Assembly (NCBI RefSeq): GCF_963921235.1
Contig: NC_086109.1
Coordinates: forward strand, 27,530,001 to 27,594,000
DNA: 64,000 nt
Source: Mobula hypostoma
Taxonomy: Eukaryota
Direction: 5' to 3'
A model generated the notes under the pieces. The model was not told the DNA's origin and ran no database searches. It saw only the letters and a program-made list of their open reading frames with translations. This document shows, piece after piece, positions 25,776 through 38,439 of this stretch. The position numbers were made by a program, and so were the translations under genes. Position 1 is the stretch's first letter, and every line of letters begins with the position of its first letter.

Positions 25776-28265
25776 CCAAGTTAGAATTAAAGAGTCTAAA
25801 AGTAAACATTGAAGACTTGAGGATAGTCTGAGGGGAGGGGAGAGATATGGAGATTGGGAAGATGTAACAAGGGAACTCCAGAACTGAGGCCGCTGAGGAA
25901 TGATTACCAATGTTGGAGTCTTTGAAAGTGGGAATGAATGAGAGGCCAGAACTGAGGCTTTTTTAAAAGATACTAAGGGGTGAAAATAAATGTAAGAATT
26001 TTAAAACTGAGAATTTTGCTGGATCAGAAACTTGTATTTATCCACCTCCGCAGAGAAATGTTCTCACAAAGGAGACTGCCACCATCATATCTGCAAGCAG
26101 TGCTTTCAAGTTTCCAGAACTGCATTCAAATTTTTTCCCCCCACTTCACTATCAATTCCCTTCCCCTTTATTATGTTATGCCTGCGGTAGCTGACCCACA
26201 ATCTCCACCAATAGAAACAACCTCCCACTATCCACCCTGTCCAGACTTGCTCATTATTTTATACACTCAGATCTTTTCTCAGCCACCTCTCTTCCAGAGA
26301 AAACAGTCCAAGTCTCTCCAATGTATCTCATCCCATGAATTATTCTCATAAATCTCGATTTTCTCCAATGCCTCCACATCCTTTCTATATTAAGGTGACC
26401 TAAATTGAATACCATACTCCAGCTGAAGTCAGACCAGTGCTTTAGATAACTGCAACAGAACTTCCTGTTTTTTTCTACAACTTCTTGACTTTATAGATAA
26501 GGCCGAGACTTTTGTGTATCTTATTTAGAGTTTCTCAACTGCCTGCAATTTTAAATGACTTGTGGCTGATGGTTGTACAGCATGGAAAGAGGCCGTTTAA
26601 CCTAACTTGTCCATGGTGATCATGGTGCTACCAATTTGCCTGTGTTTGTACCATATCCCTCTAAATGCCTCTTATCCAGATGTTTTTTCAAATGGTCCCT
26701 GGATCTTCTGCTTCGCTACCCCTTTTAAAACAGTATCTTATTGCCTCTTCCGATCAAACCTTACTTCTCTTAGCATTAAACACCTGTCCATTCCACAAAC
26801 CTATTCATCTCCTATTGCATTTTAACATTAAACTTGGCATACTGTATGGAGGATAATGTCATCTGCAAATGTAGAAATTGTGACTTGCTCCCTAAAATCC
26901 ATGGATCAGAAAACAAAAAACAATGACCCTACACTGATAGCTGGGAAATACCATTATTCCCCTTCCTCTGATTATAAAAAAAATCAACCATTCTTCATGC
27001 CCCCGTCTGCCCACACTATCAATGCTCTTTTTAAGCCATGTGTTTCAACTTCACCAATGAGCCTGTTCATCAGAAGCATTGTGAAAGTTCATATACACTA
27101 CAGCGATAGCATTACTCACACCAGCTCTATGATTTTAGACCAATTAAAGGATATCTCATTGAAAACTTGTGGTAGAGAAACACACACAAAATGCTGGAGG
27201 AAATCAACAGGTCTTGGCTCTGAATATCGATTATTTATTCCCCACTATAGATGCTGCCTGACCTGCAGTATCTATTTAAATTGCCATGATGTGAATAATA
27301 ACGATTGAATAGTTTACTGTTCCAATTCCTTGTGTTCATTTGTGTCCTCGAGGAGAAAAGAAAATGGCTATTCTAGGGCTATGCAACTTAAGAAATCAGC
27401 TACAATGTTCCTATGATGTTATGAAGATATTTTGAAATTTGAGTATCCTTGTAAGGAACAAGCCAAGCACTGACCTTTACAAAGTAAAACGACTTTCTGA
27501 TGACTTATTGCCATGTTGGGTGTTAAGGAAGTAAACGTTTTTAAAAAAGAATAAAAGATTGTTGAAGGAATAGATTCTCAGACCTACATCAGAGTAAATT
27601 TTGAGGCAATGTTAAGGAGAAGTAGGTTGAAACTACAACATATTTAGAAGTGATAACAGTACTTCTTTCCAAAGCACAGAATGAATGCACAGATGGAAAG
27701 TAGGAATTTCTGGAATCAAATTTTGGAATGCTGCCTGAATGAAAAGTTATTGCAATTTTGATGAATAATGTTATCATTTTTTTGATTTGAGGCTGCAGCA
27801 TCAATAAAAACAAAATACAAACACAAAATCATGACAAACACCTGGTTACATTCTATATATTAATTTTAAATAATTTTAACTTTTTGACTCATTCTATTAT
27901 TTCTTACAGGTAGGGAGATCAAAGCAACTTAATTTATTTCCAAAGACCTGGACCATCCATCACCCTTGGCAACAGCACGCTCCCCACCATTTGTGTGAAC
28001 ACAACGTGTGGACAGCAATGAAACCAATGAGATTGCTCAGAGGAAACTATCATGACTGGATCAAAGTACAACCACAGGCACATCTGCAATGAAAACCTTG
28101 TCAGATTATCTGCATATCTCATTGTGAACTCACTCCTCCTGCCTTTGAGAATTGTTAATAGTGATGTGATTCTTACCATTAACCTTGATTTAGCTACCAC
28201 TAAACTAATAGCACTTTAATTTTGTGTGAAATGGTGACTGAAGGTGTTTGATGCTTCCTTAAGAC

Positions 28266-29170
28266 ATAAACAAGAGAAAATCTGCAGATGCTGGAAATCC
28301 AAAGCAATGCACAGAAAATGCTGGAGGAACTCAACAGGTCAGGCAGAAACTATAGGAAAAAAAAGAGTCAATGTTCTGGGCTGAAAACTTTCTTCATGAC
28401 TGTGGGGGATGGGGCAAGATGCCTGAATTAAAAGGTGGGGGGGGTGTAAAGAGAAAAGCTGGAAGGTGATTGGTGAAGCCAGATGGATGGGAAAGGTCAA
28501 GGGCTGGAAAAGAAAGAATCTGATTGGAGAGGAAAGTGGACAATAGGAGAAAGGGAAGGAGGAGGGAACCCAAGGGAAGTAATAGGCAGGGGAGAAAAAA
28601 TAAAAGATCAGAGTGGGGAAGTGGGGGGGGTGGAATTTTTGTTCATCAGAAGAAATCAATATTCATTCCATCAGGTTGGAGGGTACCCAGACTGAATATA
28701 AGGTGTTGCTTCTCCACACTGAGGGTGGCCTCATCTTGGCACAAGAGGATGAATGCAGAATTAAAATATTTGGCCACCAGGAAGTCCTGCTTGTGACGGA
28801 TGGTGTGGAGGTGCGAGACAAAGCACTCCCCTAATTCACAACGGGTCTCACCAATGTAGAGGAGGCTGCACCGCGAGCACATTACACAATAGGCAACCAC
28901 AGCAGATTCGCAGGGGAAGCATTGCCTCTCCTGGAAGGACTGTTTGGGGCCCTGAATGAAGGTGAAGGAGGTGGTGTAGGGGCAGGTGTACTTGCCTGCA
29001 GGGAGAAATGCTGGGGGAGAGGGGGGAGATCAGTGGGGAGGGTGGAATGAAGAAGGGAATTACAGAGGGAGCTATTCCTGTGGAAAGTGGGGAGGGGAGG
29101 AGTACAGTTATGTATAATGGTAGAGTCCCTTTGGTGATGGCGGAAGTTGTTAAGGATAATGTGTTAGATA
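28266..29170 (-). mobile_element. Penelope-like element 3' part with GIY-YIG endonuclease remnant
   Basis: VAYCVMCSRCSLLYIGETR..QHLIFSLGTLQPDGMNIDF plus PLE terminal sequence. Confidence 0.85.
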
Positions 29171-30484
29171 TGTTCTCCTTAAGTCATCACTGGTTTTAAA
29201 CCTGTAGTCCGTGCCACTATCACTCTTGGCCAAATCACCATATCCTGGATTTTTCCCTTTGTCGTGTAAAGAACTGGATGAAATAGCTGGCATGGCTACT
29301 GCATTATAAGTGATGTTTGTGATTGACTCCTACTGTTAATAGATTGATCCTATATCGACACCTACCCATGAAAAGCATGTGTGGGCAGTGGGCCATTAAG
29401 ACAGGGAAGCTAACCCAACAATACAAATTGCGGCACATAATTCCAATGCACACATGTGGAGTTAAACCTCATCTTTCCCATGAATCAAGAACCACACCTT
29501 GATAAATGTCATTTGAATGACCCCCAAGAATCCTTAGAGAGATTCCCAACAATACTTCATCAGCACTTGGATGATAATGTTGTAAACTGGATCAGCAAAT
29601 TCGCGGATAACACAGAGAGTGGGGGGTGTAGTGTACAACAAAGAATACTGTGTTGGATAGGTACCTAAATGAGAGGGGTATGAAGGGCTGTGGACCACCT
29701 GCAGAAGAATGGGACTCGCCAGACTACTAGTTCAGCATGGACTAGATGGGGGAGTTGCTGGGGTTTGCAAGCTTTTATTTATTTTTCTTTTTGAGCTGGG
29801 GGAGGGGATTGATGTCTTTTTTTCAACTAACTATATGGTTTTCTGCATTTTATGACTATCTAGAGAAGATAAATTTCAGATTTGCATCAAAAAGAACCTC
29901 TGCAATGGGCCAGAGGCCTGCTTCTGTGCTGCAGTGTTCCATGACTCGATTAAAATAGTCATAATTTCGTAGTCACCGGTCTACATTTTGTGTCATTCCA
30001 TTCATCATTAAGATACTTTAATACACCACAACTTTCTACACTTAAAACAAAATTTGACCTAAGTGGCAATCTTATAAATCAGATTGGTCAGGAGCAAACT
30101 CCAGCTCAGAGATCTTCCCAATATTGAACGTAAGGTTGTATATCAGTTACTTGTGAAGTTAAATATAGGAGCTTGTGTGCCATATTTTGTTAAGAAACAT
30201 CGTGCAGAAAATCTTGCAATCCGTTCAAGCTTGTGTGAATGTCATAATAGCTGAATCTATTCATCGCTGATGGGTTCTTTGTTTTCATCTGGAGTAAAAG
30301 GCAGACTTCCACAGAAGTTAAATGCTGTTGCATTTCCTTTCCCTCCCCCCACCCCAAGTTCTTTGATTTTCTTCATTTTAATTGTTCAATTTTTTTTTAA
30401 ATAGTACATTTGATTTTTAAGAGATTGTGAATATTTTTGAATGTGAGAAGCATTCTAGCTGTTTAACAGCTAGAACAAGCAGGG

Positions 30485-31112
30485 ACGAGGAAATCTGCAG
30501 ATGCTGGAATTTCAAGCAACACACATAAAAGTTGCTGGTGAACGCAGCAGGCCAGGCAGCATCTCTAGGAAGAGGTACAGTCGACGTTTCGGGCCGAGAC
30601 CCTTCGTCAGGACTAACTGAAGGAAGAGTGAGTAAGAGATTTGAAAGTGGGAGGGGAAGGGGAGATCCAAAATGATAGGAGAAGACAGGAGGGGGAGGGA
30701 TGGAGCCAAGAGCTGGACAGGTGATTGGCAAAAGGGATATGTGAGGATCATGGGACAGGAGAAAGAAAAGGGAGGGAGGAAAAAGCCCAGAGGATGGGCA
30801 AGGGGTATAGTGACAGGGACAGAGGGAGAAAAAGGAGAGAGAGAAAAAGAATGTGTGTATATAAATAAATAATGGATGGGGTATGAGAGGGAGGTGGGGC
30901 ATTAGCGGAAGTTTGAGACGTCAATGTTCATGCCATCAGGTTGGAGGCTACCCAGACGGAATATAAGGTGTTGTTCCTCCAACCTGAGTGTGGCTTCATC
31001 TTTATAGTAGAGGAGGCTGTGGATAGACATATCAGAATAGGAACGGGATGTGGAATTAAAATGTGTGGCCACTGGGAGATCCTGCTTTCTCTGGCGGACA
31101 GAGCGTAGGTGT
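30485..31112 (-). mobile_element. Young Penelope-like element 3' part
   Basis: HLRSVRQRKQDLPVATHFNS..RLEEQHLIFRLGSLQPDGMNI*, 3'UTR and hammerhead. Confidence 0.9.
30579..30614 (-). ncRNA. Minimal type I hammerhead ribozyme motif, sense to the copine pre-mRNA
   Basis: agtc-CTGACGA-agggtctcggccc-GAA-ACGT-C-gact; catalytic core intact. Confidence 0.75.
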
Positions 31113-31888
31113 AACAAGCAGCGAGCTAGCTTAGCCTACTGGCCCTTTCCCTTCATGACCTGCACTCACCAAGCACAACTCATATCTCCCCAATCCCAGA
31201 CCTGTCCTTTGTCCCAGATTTACCTGTTCTTGTGACATGGGCCTCACACATTGCAGCACTTCCTGGCAGTGACCCCTGAAACATAATGCTTATGGGATGC
31301 TGTAGCCAGCTACATTAATGTACCCATAAACATTAAATCTCAGAACAAGGGTGTTTATTTCTAGTTTCTAGTTGTACATACCTACAGGAAACTGAAAAGT
31401 ATGTTGGAAAACTAGGTCACTGCTGTCAGGTGGTATATCCACTGCTGGAGAATCCAGAATAAGGCACAGCAACAGCTACGTTATTTGGATAAATCCGGGA
31501 GCGTATTTCCCTGTGACAATTAATGGAAATGAAGAATTTTCATCCCTGAGAGTGTGTTAACTTCTCTGAAGCTGTCTGAGATTTAGCTCATGTGGGCAGA
31601 TCGTGATAAAGATCATTCCTGGATTAAAAAAAAGAACAGTGTAGGTCGGTCATAAAGTAAATAAGTGTTAGAGAGGACTCAGGGGCATGCTACTCGGGCT
31701 TCTATTTTACAGCAGGGCAAACATTTGCTCTGGCAGATTTATTGAAAGCCTAATAGTTATACACTTCAATCAATGCAAGTCAACATCACAAAGTATATAA
31801 TTGCCAAATATTAATATTTTATAAGCTAAGCAAACAGGTACCACTGGGAAGACCATTTTATATCTAGGTTTAACTACAGCTGAAGATG

Positions 31889-32417
31889 CACTCAGTAGCC
31901 ACTTTATCAGGTACACCTGCTTGTTAATGCAAATATCCAATCAGCCAGTCAAGTAGCAACATCTCAATGCATAAAAGCATGCAAACATGATCAAGAAGTT
32001 TAGTTGTTGTTCAGATCAAACGTCAGAATGGTGGACAAGTATGATCTAAAGTAGACTGTCAAATGATGGCTGGTGCCAGACAGGGTGGTTTGAGTACCTC
32101 AGAAACTGCTGATCTCCTGGGATTTTCATGCACACAGTCTTTAATAGTTTACAGAGAATGGTTGGAAAAACAAAAAAAATCCGGTGAGCAGCAATTCTGT
32201 GGGAGAAAACACCTTGTTAATGAGAGAGGTCAGAGGAGAATGGCCAGACTGTTTCAAACTGACAGAAAGGCAACAGTAATTCAAATAGCCATGTGTAATA
32301 ACAGTGGTGTGCAAAAGAGCATTGAATGCACAACATATTGAATTTTGAAGTGGATAGAACACAGCAACAGACGACGTACTAGATTCCACTCCTGTCCCTA
32401 ATAAAGTGGCCACTGGA
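31889..32417 (+). mobile_element. Non-autonomous Tc1-like element
   Basis: TIR-like ends cactcagtagccactttatcagg / cctaataaagtggccactg; HTH remnant GARQGGLSTSETADLLGFS. Confidence 0.8.
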
Positions 32418-33109
32418 TATCCAATCAAATCAGTGTAACCATACTATTACAGCAGTTTATCTAGTTGACACTCAAGGCTGATGAAAATTATTCACCACAT
32501 TCTTTGTTCATTAAGCTTCCATTTCTCATTTATTCCATTGCAGAGCAAATATGCAAGGAAAATTAAGTTATAAATAAATAATTCTTCAAATGGCCAGAAA
32601 TTACATTTTATGAACTGAAGTTTCCCAAATTAATCTTCAGAACAGTGCACATTTTAATAGCTGCCTCTAATGATACAATCACCTTCAATTGCACTGTGTT
32701 AATTGCATCATATATGGGGTGAATCCCCATGGCAGGCCTGTGATCTGGTTCACTCACTTGAATGGCGATGACTTGTGGAAGCAGAGTTTAATTTACATAT
32801 CTGCTATATTTCATAATTACATGTCACTGAGGATGCATTTCCAACTCAATGGATAAAATTTAATACCCTCCCTTGAACAAAAACAGGTAATAAGAAGCAA
32901 TTTCCAGTTAACCAAGGGCAGCCTGATTTTCACATCCAAAGTGAGCGTCTTTGACTCTTGATGAAAAGCAGTGATTAAACATGTCGGATTGTTTAAGGGA
33001 ACCATACTAACCTCAGTTTTACGAAGACTATTAAGAATCCATGAAAAAAATTAAGAAAGAATGAAAGAGGGAATAAAAGATATAATGACAGGAAGAAAGG
33101 GTTGTAGTT

Positions 33110-34050
33110 ATAGAGCAATACAGCACGGATACAAACCCTTTGGCCCAACAAGTAGATGCCAACTACTTTGTGTATCTAGCTAGTTCCAACTTCCTGTATT
33201 TGGCCCAGATTTCACCAGATTCCTCTCCTCCATGTACTCATCCAAGTGTTTCTTAAATGATCTACTGTACCTGCCTTAACTGTGCCCTCTGGCAGTTTAG
33301 TTCCTACACACACCATCCTTTGTGTGATGGCAGGCATGGTTGTTCCCTGTGGAGATCGGCTGCAGAGGTTTCCCAGCCAAATTAGCATGGCAGTTGTTGT
33401 CAGATCTGGGCCTGGACGAAAGGAGCAAAAAACAAGCAGCTCGTAGGATGGGGGAAGAGACAGAACAAGCTTCTTGTTGGATTTGGAGTAGGCAAGAGGA
33501 GGGGAGCTGAAAGCCAGGAGCAGATGGACAGTGATTTGGCCACCACTGTCGGCCCACCAACTGGGGAGCGTCGTGGTTAAGGGTCGAAACACCTGGTGAA
33601 GGTTGGGAACCACCTGATGACATCTGCTCCTGGCTGAAGGCTACGGTTACCTTATAAGGTAACTGGAGGGGAGAATGCACCCTAACAGGTGTATGTAACA
33701 AGACAAGTGAAAATGTTGCACTTCAGATCCCTTTTAAATCTCCACTCTGTCTCTAAATCTACGCCCCCTAGTTTGCACTCCTTTACCCTAAAAAAGACTT
33801 AACATCAACCTTATTTATGCCTTTCATGATTTTAAGCACTTCGATAAGCTTGCCCCCTCACTCTCCTATATTCCTAGACATGCCAGCCTCTCCCTACAAC
33901 TCAGGCCCTCCAATCCCGGCAACATTCTCGTAAGTCTTTTCTGCACCTTTTCCAGTTTCACCATGTCTGTCCTATAAGAAGGTGATTAAACAGTACTCCA
34001 AGTGTAACCATACCAATGACCCGTACAACTGAGATTTGTACCACTTGAGA
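33110..34050 (-). mobile_element. CR1 3' fragment interrupted by a HERO-type element
   Basis: CR1 3' reverse-complement sequence breaks at ~33327 and resumes at ~33707. Confidence 0.7.
33328..33706 (+). mobile_element. HERO-clade (RLE-type) non-LTR retrotransposon 3' end
   Basis: From 33328: WQAWLFPVEIGCRGFPAKLAWQLLSDLGL..EQASCWIWSRQEEGS*; the PVExGCRGF motif is typical of HERO C-termini. 3'UTR follows. Confidence 0.75.
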
Positions 34051-36309
34051 GGGACGAGAAAGAAGTAATGGATGGAATGAACAAAAAGGAGGAAGGAATG
34101 GGCAAACAGAAAATGAATGAGAATGAAAATGTGAAATGTCAATGTTTAAAAAATGAAACAATAATATCATTACACAATTAAGGGAGATTAATAAACTAGA
34201 CCAATCAGAAATGAGAAGTAAGCAATATGATGCAAAACTTGTTATGAGCCAATGTCTGAGACAACAGATATATTAAACTAGATTCAAAAATCACATTTAA
34301 ATCATCAATCATAAATCATGTCCATAAAATTCATGTTTAACACATATTGCACTATATCTTAGTGTAAACTGTACCAAGGTAATTCAATTGATAAATTCAA
34401 CTAGATGCAGGGGTAGCTTCTATGTGATAGAATAAAAGCAAACGTGAAGTGGAAACAAAGTGTCAGGCAATAAAATAAATGAGAAAGAAGCACATTAGAA
34501 GCTTAGATCCATTTTCAGAGTGGTTTGCATATTCCCACCTCTGCTGGACAGAAGAGGTGAGTAACAAGCAAAAAAAAATGATTGCAGATATTAAAATGGG
34601 CAAGTTATATATCTTGGGAACATCCAGCAATAAAAGGAAGTACAAAAGGAAGTTTCTCTGAGGGAAGATTTTGGATGTATGCCAGAATGATTAGGTTACA
34701 GATTTATCCCTTTTCTCCTCTGGTATTTTTTTCATCTTTGATCATGAACTTCTTTCGATAAAATCCTTCCTCTTTTCAGCACATCGCAATGACTTTATAC
34801 TGTGGCCGTTGTATCCCCTTGCTCCTAAGCTTCTGCACCAAGAAACTCTCAGTAAATTCACACTTCATCTCACAATGCACTATTCTCCGTGTTCATTGCT
34901 TTTACTTCTTCCCACTACGCTGAACCCACTAAATTAAATTTTACTGTCACACTATGAGTCTTGCTGCTTCGTCTGCCCATTGTCTCAATCACGGATAAGA
35001 CTCACTCTGATTGTTAACTTACATCTCATTCTACATAAATTCCCATTCCTTATCAAAGTCTTAAATCCCTTTATATATCTCACCCCAGATTCCCAACTGA
35101 GTAAAAGCAACTTTCTTTATTAATGTACATGCCTAATCTTTATTGAAGGCTCCATTCTTAAACACTCACTTATACATTCTACAACCTTGCTTACAGCAGC
35201 AGCTTTGGGACTTTTTTGTCAGTAAGAATAAATTACATCATCAGCTCTTTCTATCTCTTCTTTCCTTCAGCTGGCTTATCTTCCATTTTGGTTCTCTCAT
35301 CCCCATTCCTCTGATTTACATTTTTCTATTCATTCTTTCATCAAGCTCCTTTTGCCCTTTTCTACCCAAATTCTTGACCTTACTCTGAAGAACTGCTGAC
35401 ATTCCAATTTTTATGTTAGTTCCTATGTTGGCTGACAGAAGAGAGACCTCAGATACTGGAAATCTGGAGCAACACACACTCAAGACTGGAGGAACTCAGT
35501 AGGTCAGCCAGATTATATGGAGGGAAATGCACAATCAATACTCCATGCCAAGGCCCTTCATCAGAACTACAATGTATGTTACTCACACTCTGGCTGTTCC
35601 TTCCTTTCATATATTGTCTCCACCTCACCTCCCCAAATGTCAGCATCATCACTTCTCTGTCCAAATCAAATTGACATTGACCACTCCTTTTAGGAAAGCT
35701 GCCACTTCAACATCAACCTCCATTTTCACTACAAAACCCTTGAGTGAGCTGCCCTACAAATCCTTGTCCATATTTTTTGAAACTCAAGCTATGTATTCAA
35801 ATCAATTCTTCTCAAACTCACGAATGCAATCCTTTGTTACTGTAATAAAGATAAACCATTTTATCTTGTCCTTTTTAACATTCTGCATCATTGACATTGC
35901 TAGTTACATAATTCTCTCCCCACTATATTCCACTTTTACTCTACTGGGTGTGTTCACTTTTGCCCGGTTTTCTTTTCTATGCATTTATGCCCTCAAATTC
36001 CTAAAAGTCTTTGATACCTCGCTGCTTCACTTACTTCAAGTCTTCAACTATAAAAAGTCCAATCACTTGATGCCGTTCCATGAGGAAAGAGCCAACCTGC
36101 ACCTCAATCCCCGTTTCAAATCTGATCATCTGACGGCCAAGTGAACGCTTCCCTTCTCTTGCCCTCACCCAGACCTTAAAATTTAAAGAACTGGTCTTAC
36201 TCCAGGACAATAAGGAGGATGAGGAGGAGGAGCCTCTTCACCCTAGTCAGCTTTAATAGCGCCTTGAGCCAAGAAATGAACCAGTGTTCAAAACACAAAA
36301 AGGCATTTT

Positions 36310-36540
36310 TAATTAGACATGCAGCACAGCTCTTCCCAGTCCACTGAGCCCATGCCACCCAGTTACAGCCATGTGACAAATTAAACAGCTAACACAAAAG
36401 TCTTTGGAACATGGGAAGAAACTGGAGCACCTAGAGGAAACTTATGTGGTCATAGGGAGAACCTACAAACTCCTTTCAGACAGTGAAGGAATTGAACCTG
36501 GGTCGTTGGCACAGAAATAGTGTTACACTATGCCACCACA
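36310..36540 (-). mobile_element. V-SINE/HE1-like SINE
   Basis: aaactggagcacctagaggaaac..acctacaaactcctttcagacag..gaattgaacctgggtc. Confidence 0.7.
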
Positions 36541-36639
36541 ATTTTTTTCTCTAGGGCCAATGACTAACTACTAGTTCCAGCTTCAATGGCATAAATAGTA
36601 TGAGGCAGAGGCGTAGCACTCTAATTTGATGCAATTAGA

Positions 36640-36940
36640 GTTTAGGACCAGAAGGCACAACCTTAGAATAGAAGTACATCTATTTACAGCAGAGATGAGA
36701 AGGAATTTCTTTAGCCAGTGTGGTGAACCTGTGGAATTCATTGACACAGGTGGCTGTGGAGGCCAAGTCATTGGGTATATTTGAAGTAGAGGTTGATCGG
36801 GTTCTTGACTTGTCGGGGTGATTAAGGTTATGGGGAGAAAGCAGAAGAATAGGTTTAAGATAGATATAACCATGATGGAATGGAGGAGAAGACTTGATGG
36901 GCTGAGTAGCCTAATTCTGCTCTGAAGACTTATGATCTAA
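36640..36940 (+). mobile_element. CR1 3' end
   Basis: gagatgagaaggaatttctttagccag..gatgggctgagtagcctaattctgct..cttatgatct. Confidence 0.75.
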
Positions 36941-38439
36941 TATACAATACAAACACATATGGCATCTACCAGTGCTCTGGATGTGCACAGCAGTGTGATC
37001 CTGACAGGCTTTCACGCCAGTAATGGCACAATATGTTTTCTAGGCCAAATTTATCATTGCAGCTGGTATTGCTGAGGCAGATATAAAAGTGAAGCTAAAC
37101 CTTCAGGATGTGAATGTATACACAATGCAAGACAACAATCAATCATATTGATCTGGTGCCCCACACACTTCCCTCATGAATATGTTTGGTTTAAGGGTAT
37201 CAACTAGACGAAAATTTTTGATATTACTATTGGGCCAAGCATCATAAAATTATAAAATGAAAAGTAAAAAGCAAAGAAATTGCTTTCATTTTAATGATTC
37301 TAATTAGGGTTCAGCACTCCTTTTGGAATTGATCCTCTGATATTCAGCAAACAAAAGGCACAATTGTAAGGTGACTGGAGTAGAGTATAGGGAGGGATGT
37401 CAGGGGTAAGTTTTTTCCTACACAGAGAGTGGTGGGTGAATGGAGTCCCCTCGCAGGGGTGATAGTAGAGACAGATACATTAGCAACATTAAAAAAAAAC
37501 TCTTAGATGGGCACATGGATGATAGAAAAATGGAGGGCAATGTAGGAGGGAAGGGTTAGAGTGATCTTAGAGTAGGTTACACATCTGACACAACATCATG
37601 GGCCCAAGGGCCTGTACTGTACTGTTCAATGTTATTAGGCTTACAATGGCCTCTATTGCAAAACATTCCTGATGAACATACAAAACAAAATCTCATCTTT
37701 TATTAAGCAATCAGATGCCAAGTTATCACAGATCCTACCAGAGGCAATTAATTTTGATTCTAAAACAAAGATCCCTGCAAAAATAAAAGCTGTTGGGTGG
37801 ATGAAGCACCAGCACAAAAGTACTAATTCACCTGGCCTACCCAGAGCAAGACTGGTTAGAGAGAGAGAGAGAAAAAAAAAGTCACAATAATCAATTCTAC
37901 TATAAAATTTTAAAGGCCTCCTGGAATTAATTATTTTAATTCTTTTGTTTAGTTGAGAAAGTTTATGAAGCACACCAATCAGAAAATTGACTATGCAGTT
38001 TACCAATATCCTTGAAACAGGCTGAAAAAAACAGATCTTGCAATATATATCAATTTGTGCAGGCTTTAAAGAGTTTGCATACGTCAGGAATTTTATCAAC
38101 ACTTTCTGCCAACATTAACCCTGCCACTGGGTCATTACCTTGTCGTATTTTATACATACGGAGGAGGGACGATGTGCAAGGAGCATCGTTCTAACGTACC
38201 ATAAGTCATAAAAGTAGCTCAATTGTGCTCTGCCACTCCATCATGGCTGAGTTATTATCCCCATTCTTCTGCCTTCTCCCCTTAACCTTTGATGTTCTGG
38301 CTAATCAAGAAACTATCAACCTCTGATTTAAATATACCCAATAATTTGACCTCCACAGGTACCTACGACAATGAATTTCACAGATATACCACACTCTGGC
38401 AAAAGAAATTCTTTCTTATCTCTGCTCTAAAAAGACACC

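Noticed and set aside
35527..36144. Longest ORF (205 aa, + strand)
   Set aside because: Starts inside a PLE end, has no recognisable domain, and lies in pyrimidine-skewed sequence that is probably the antisense of a decayed LINE.
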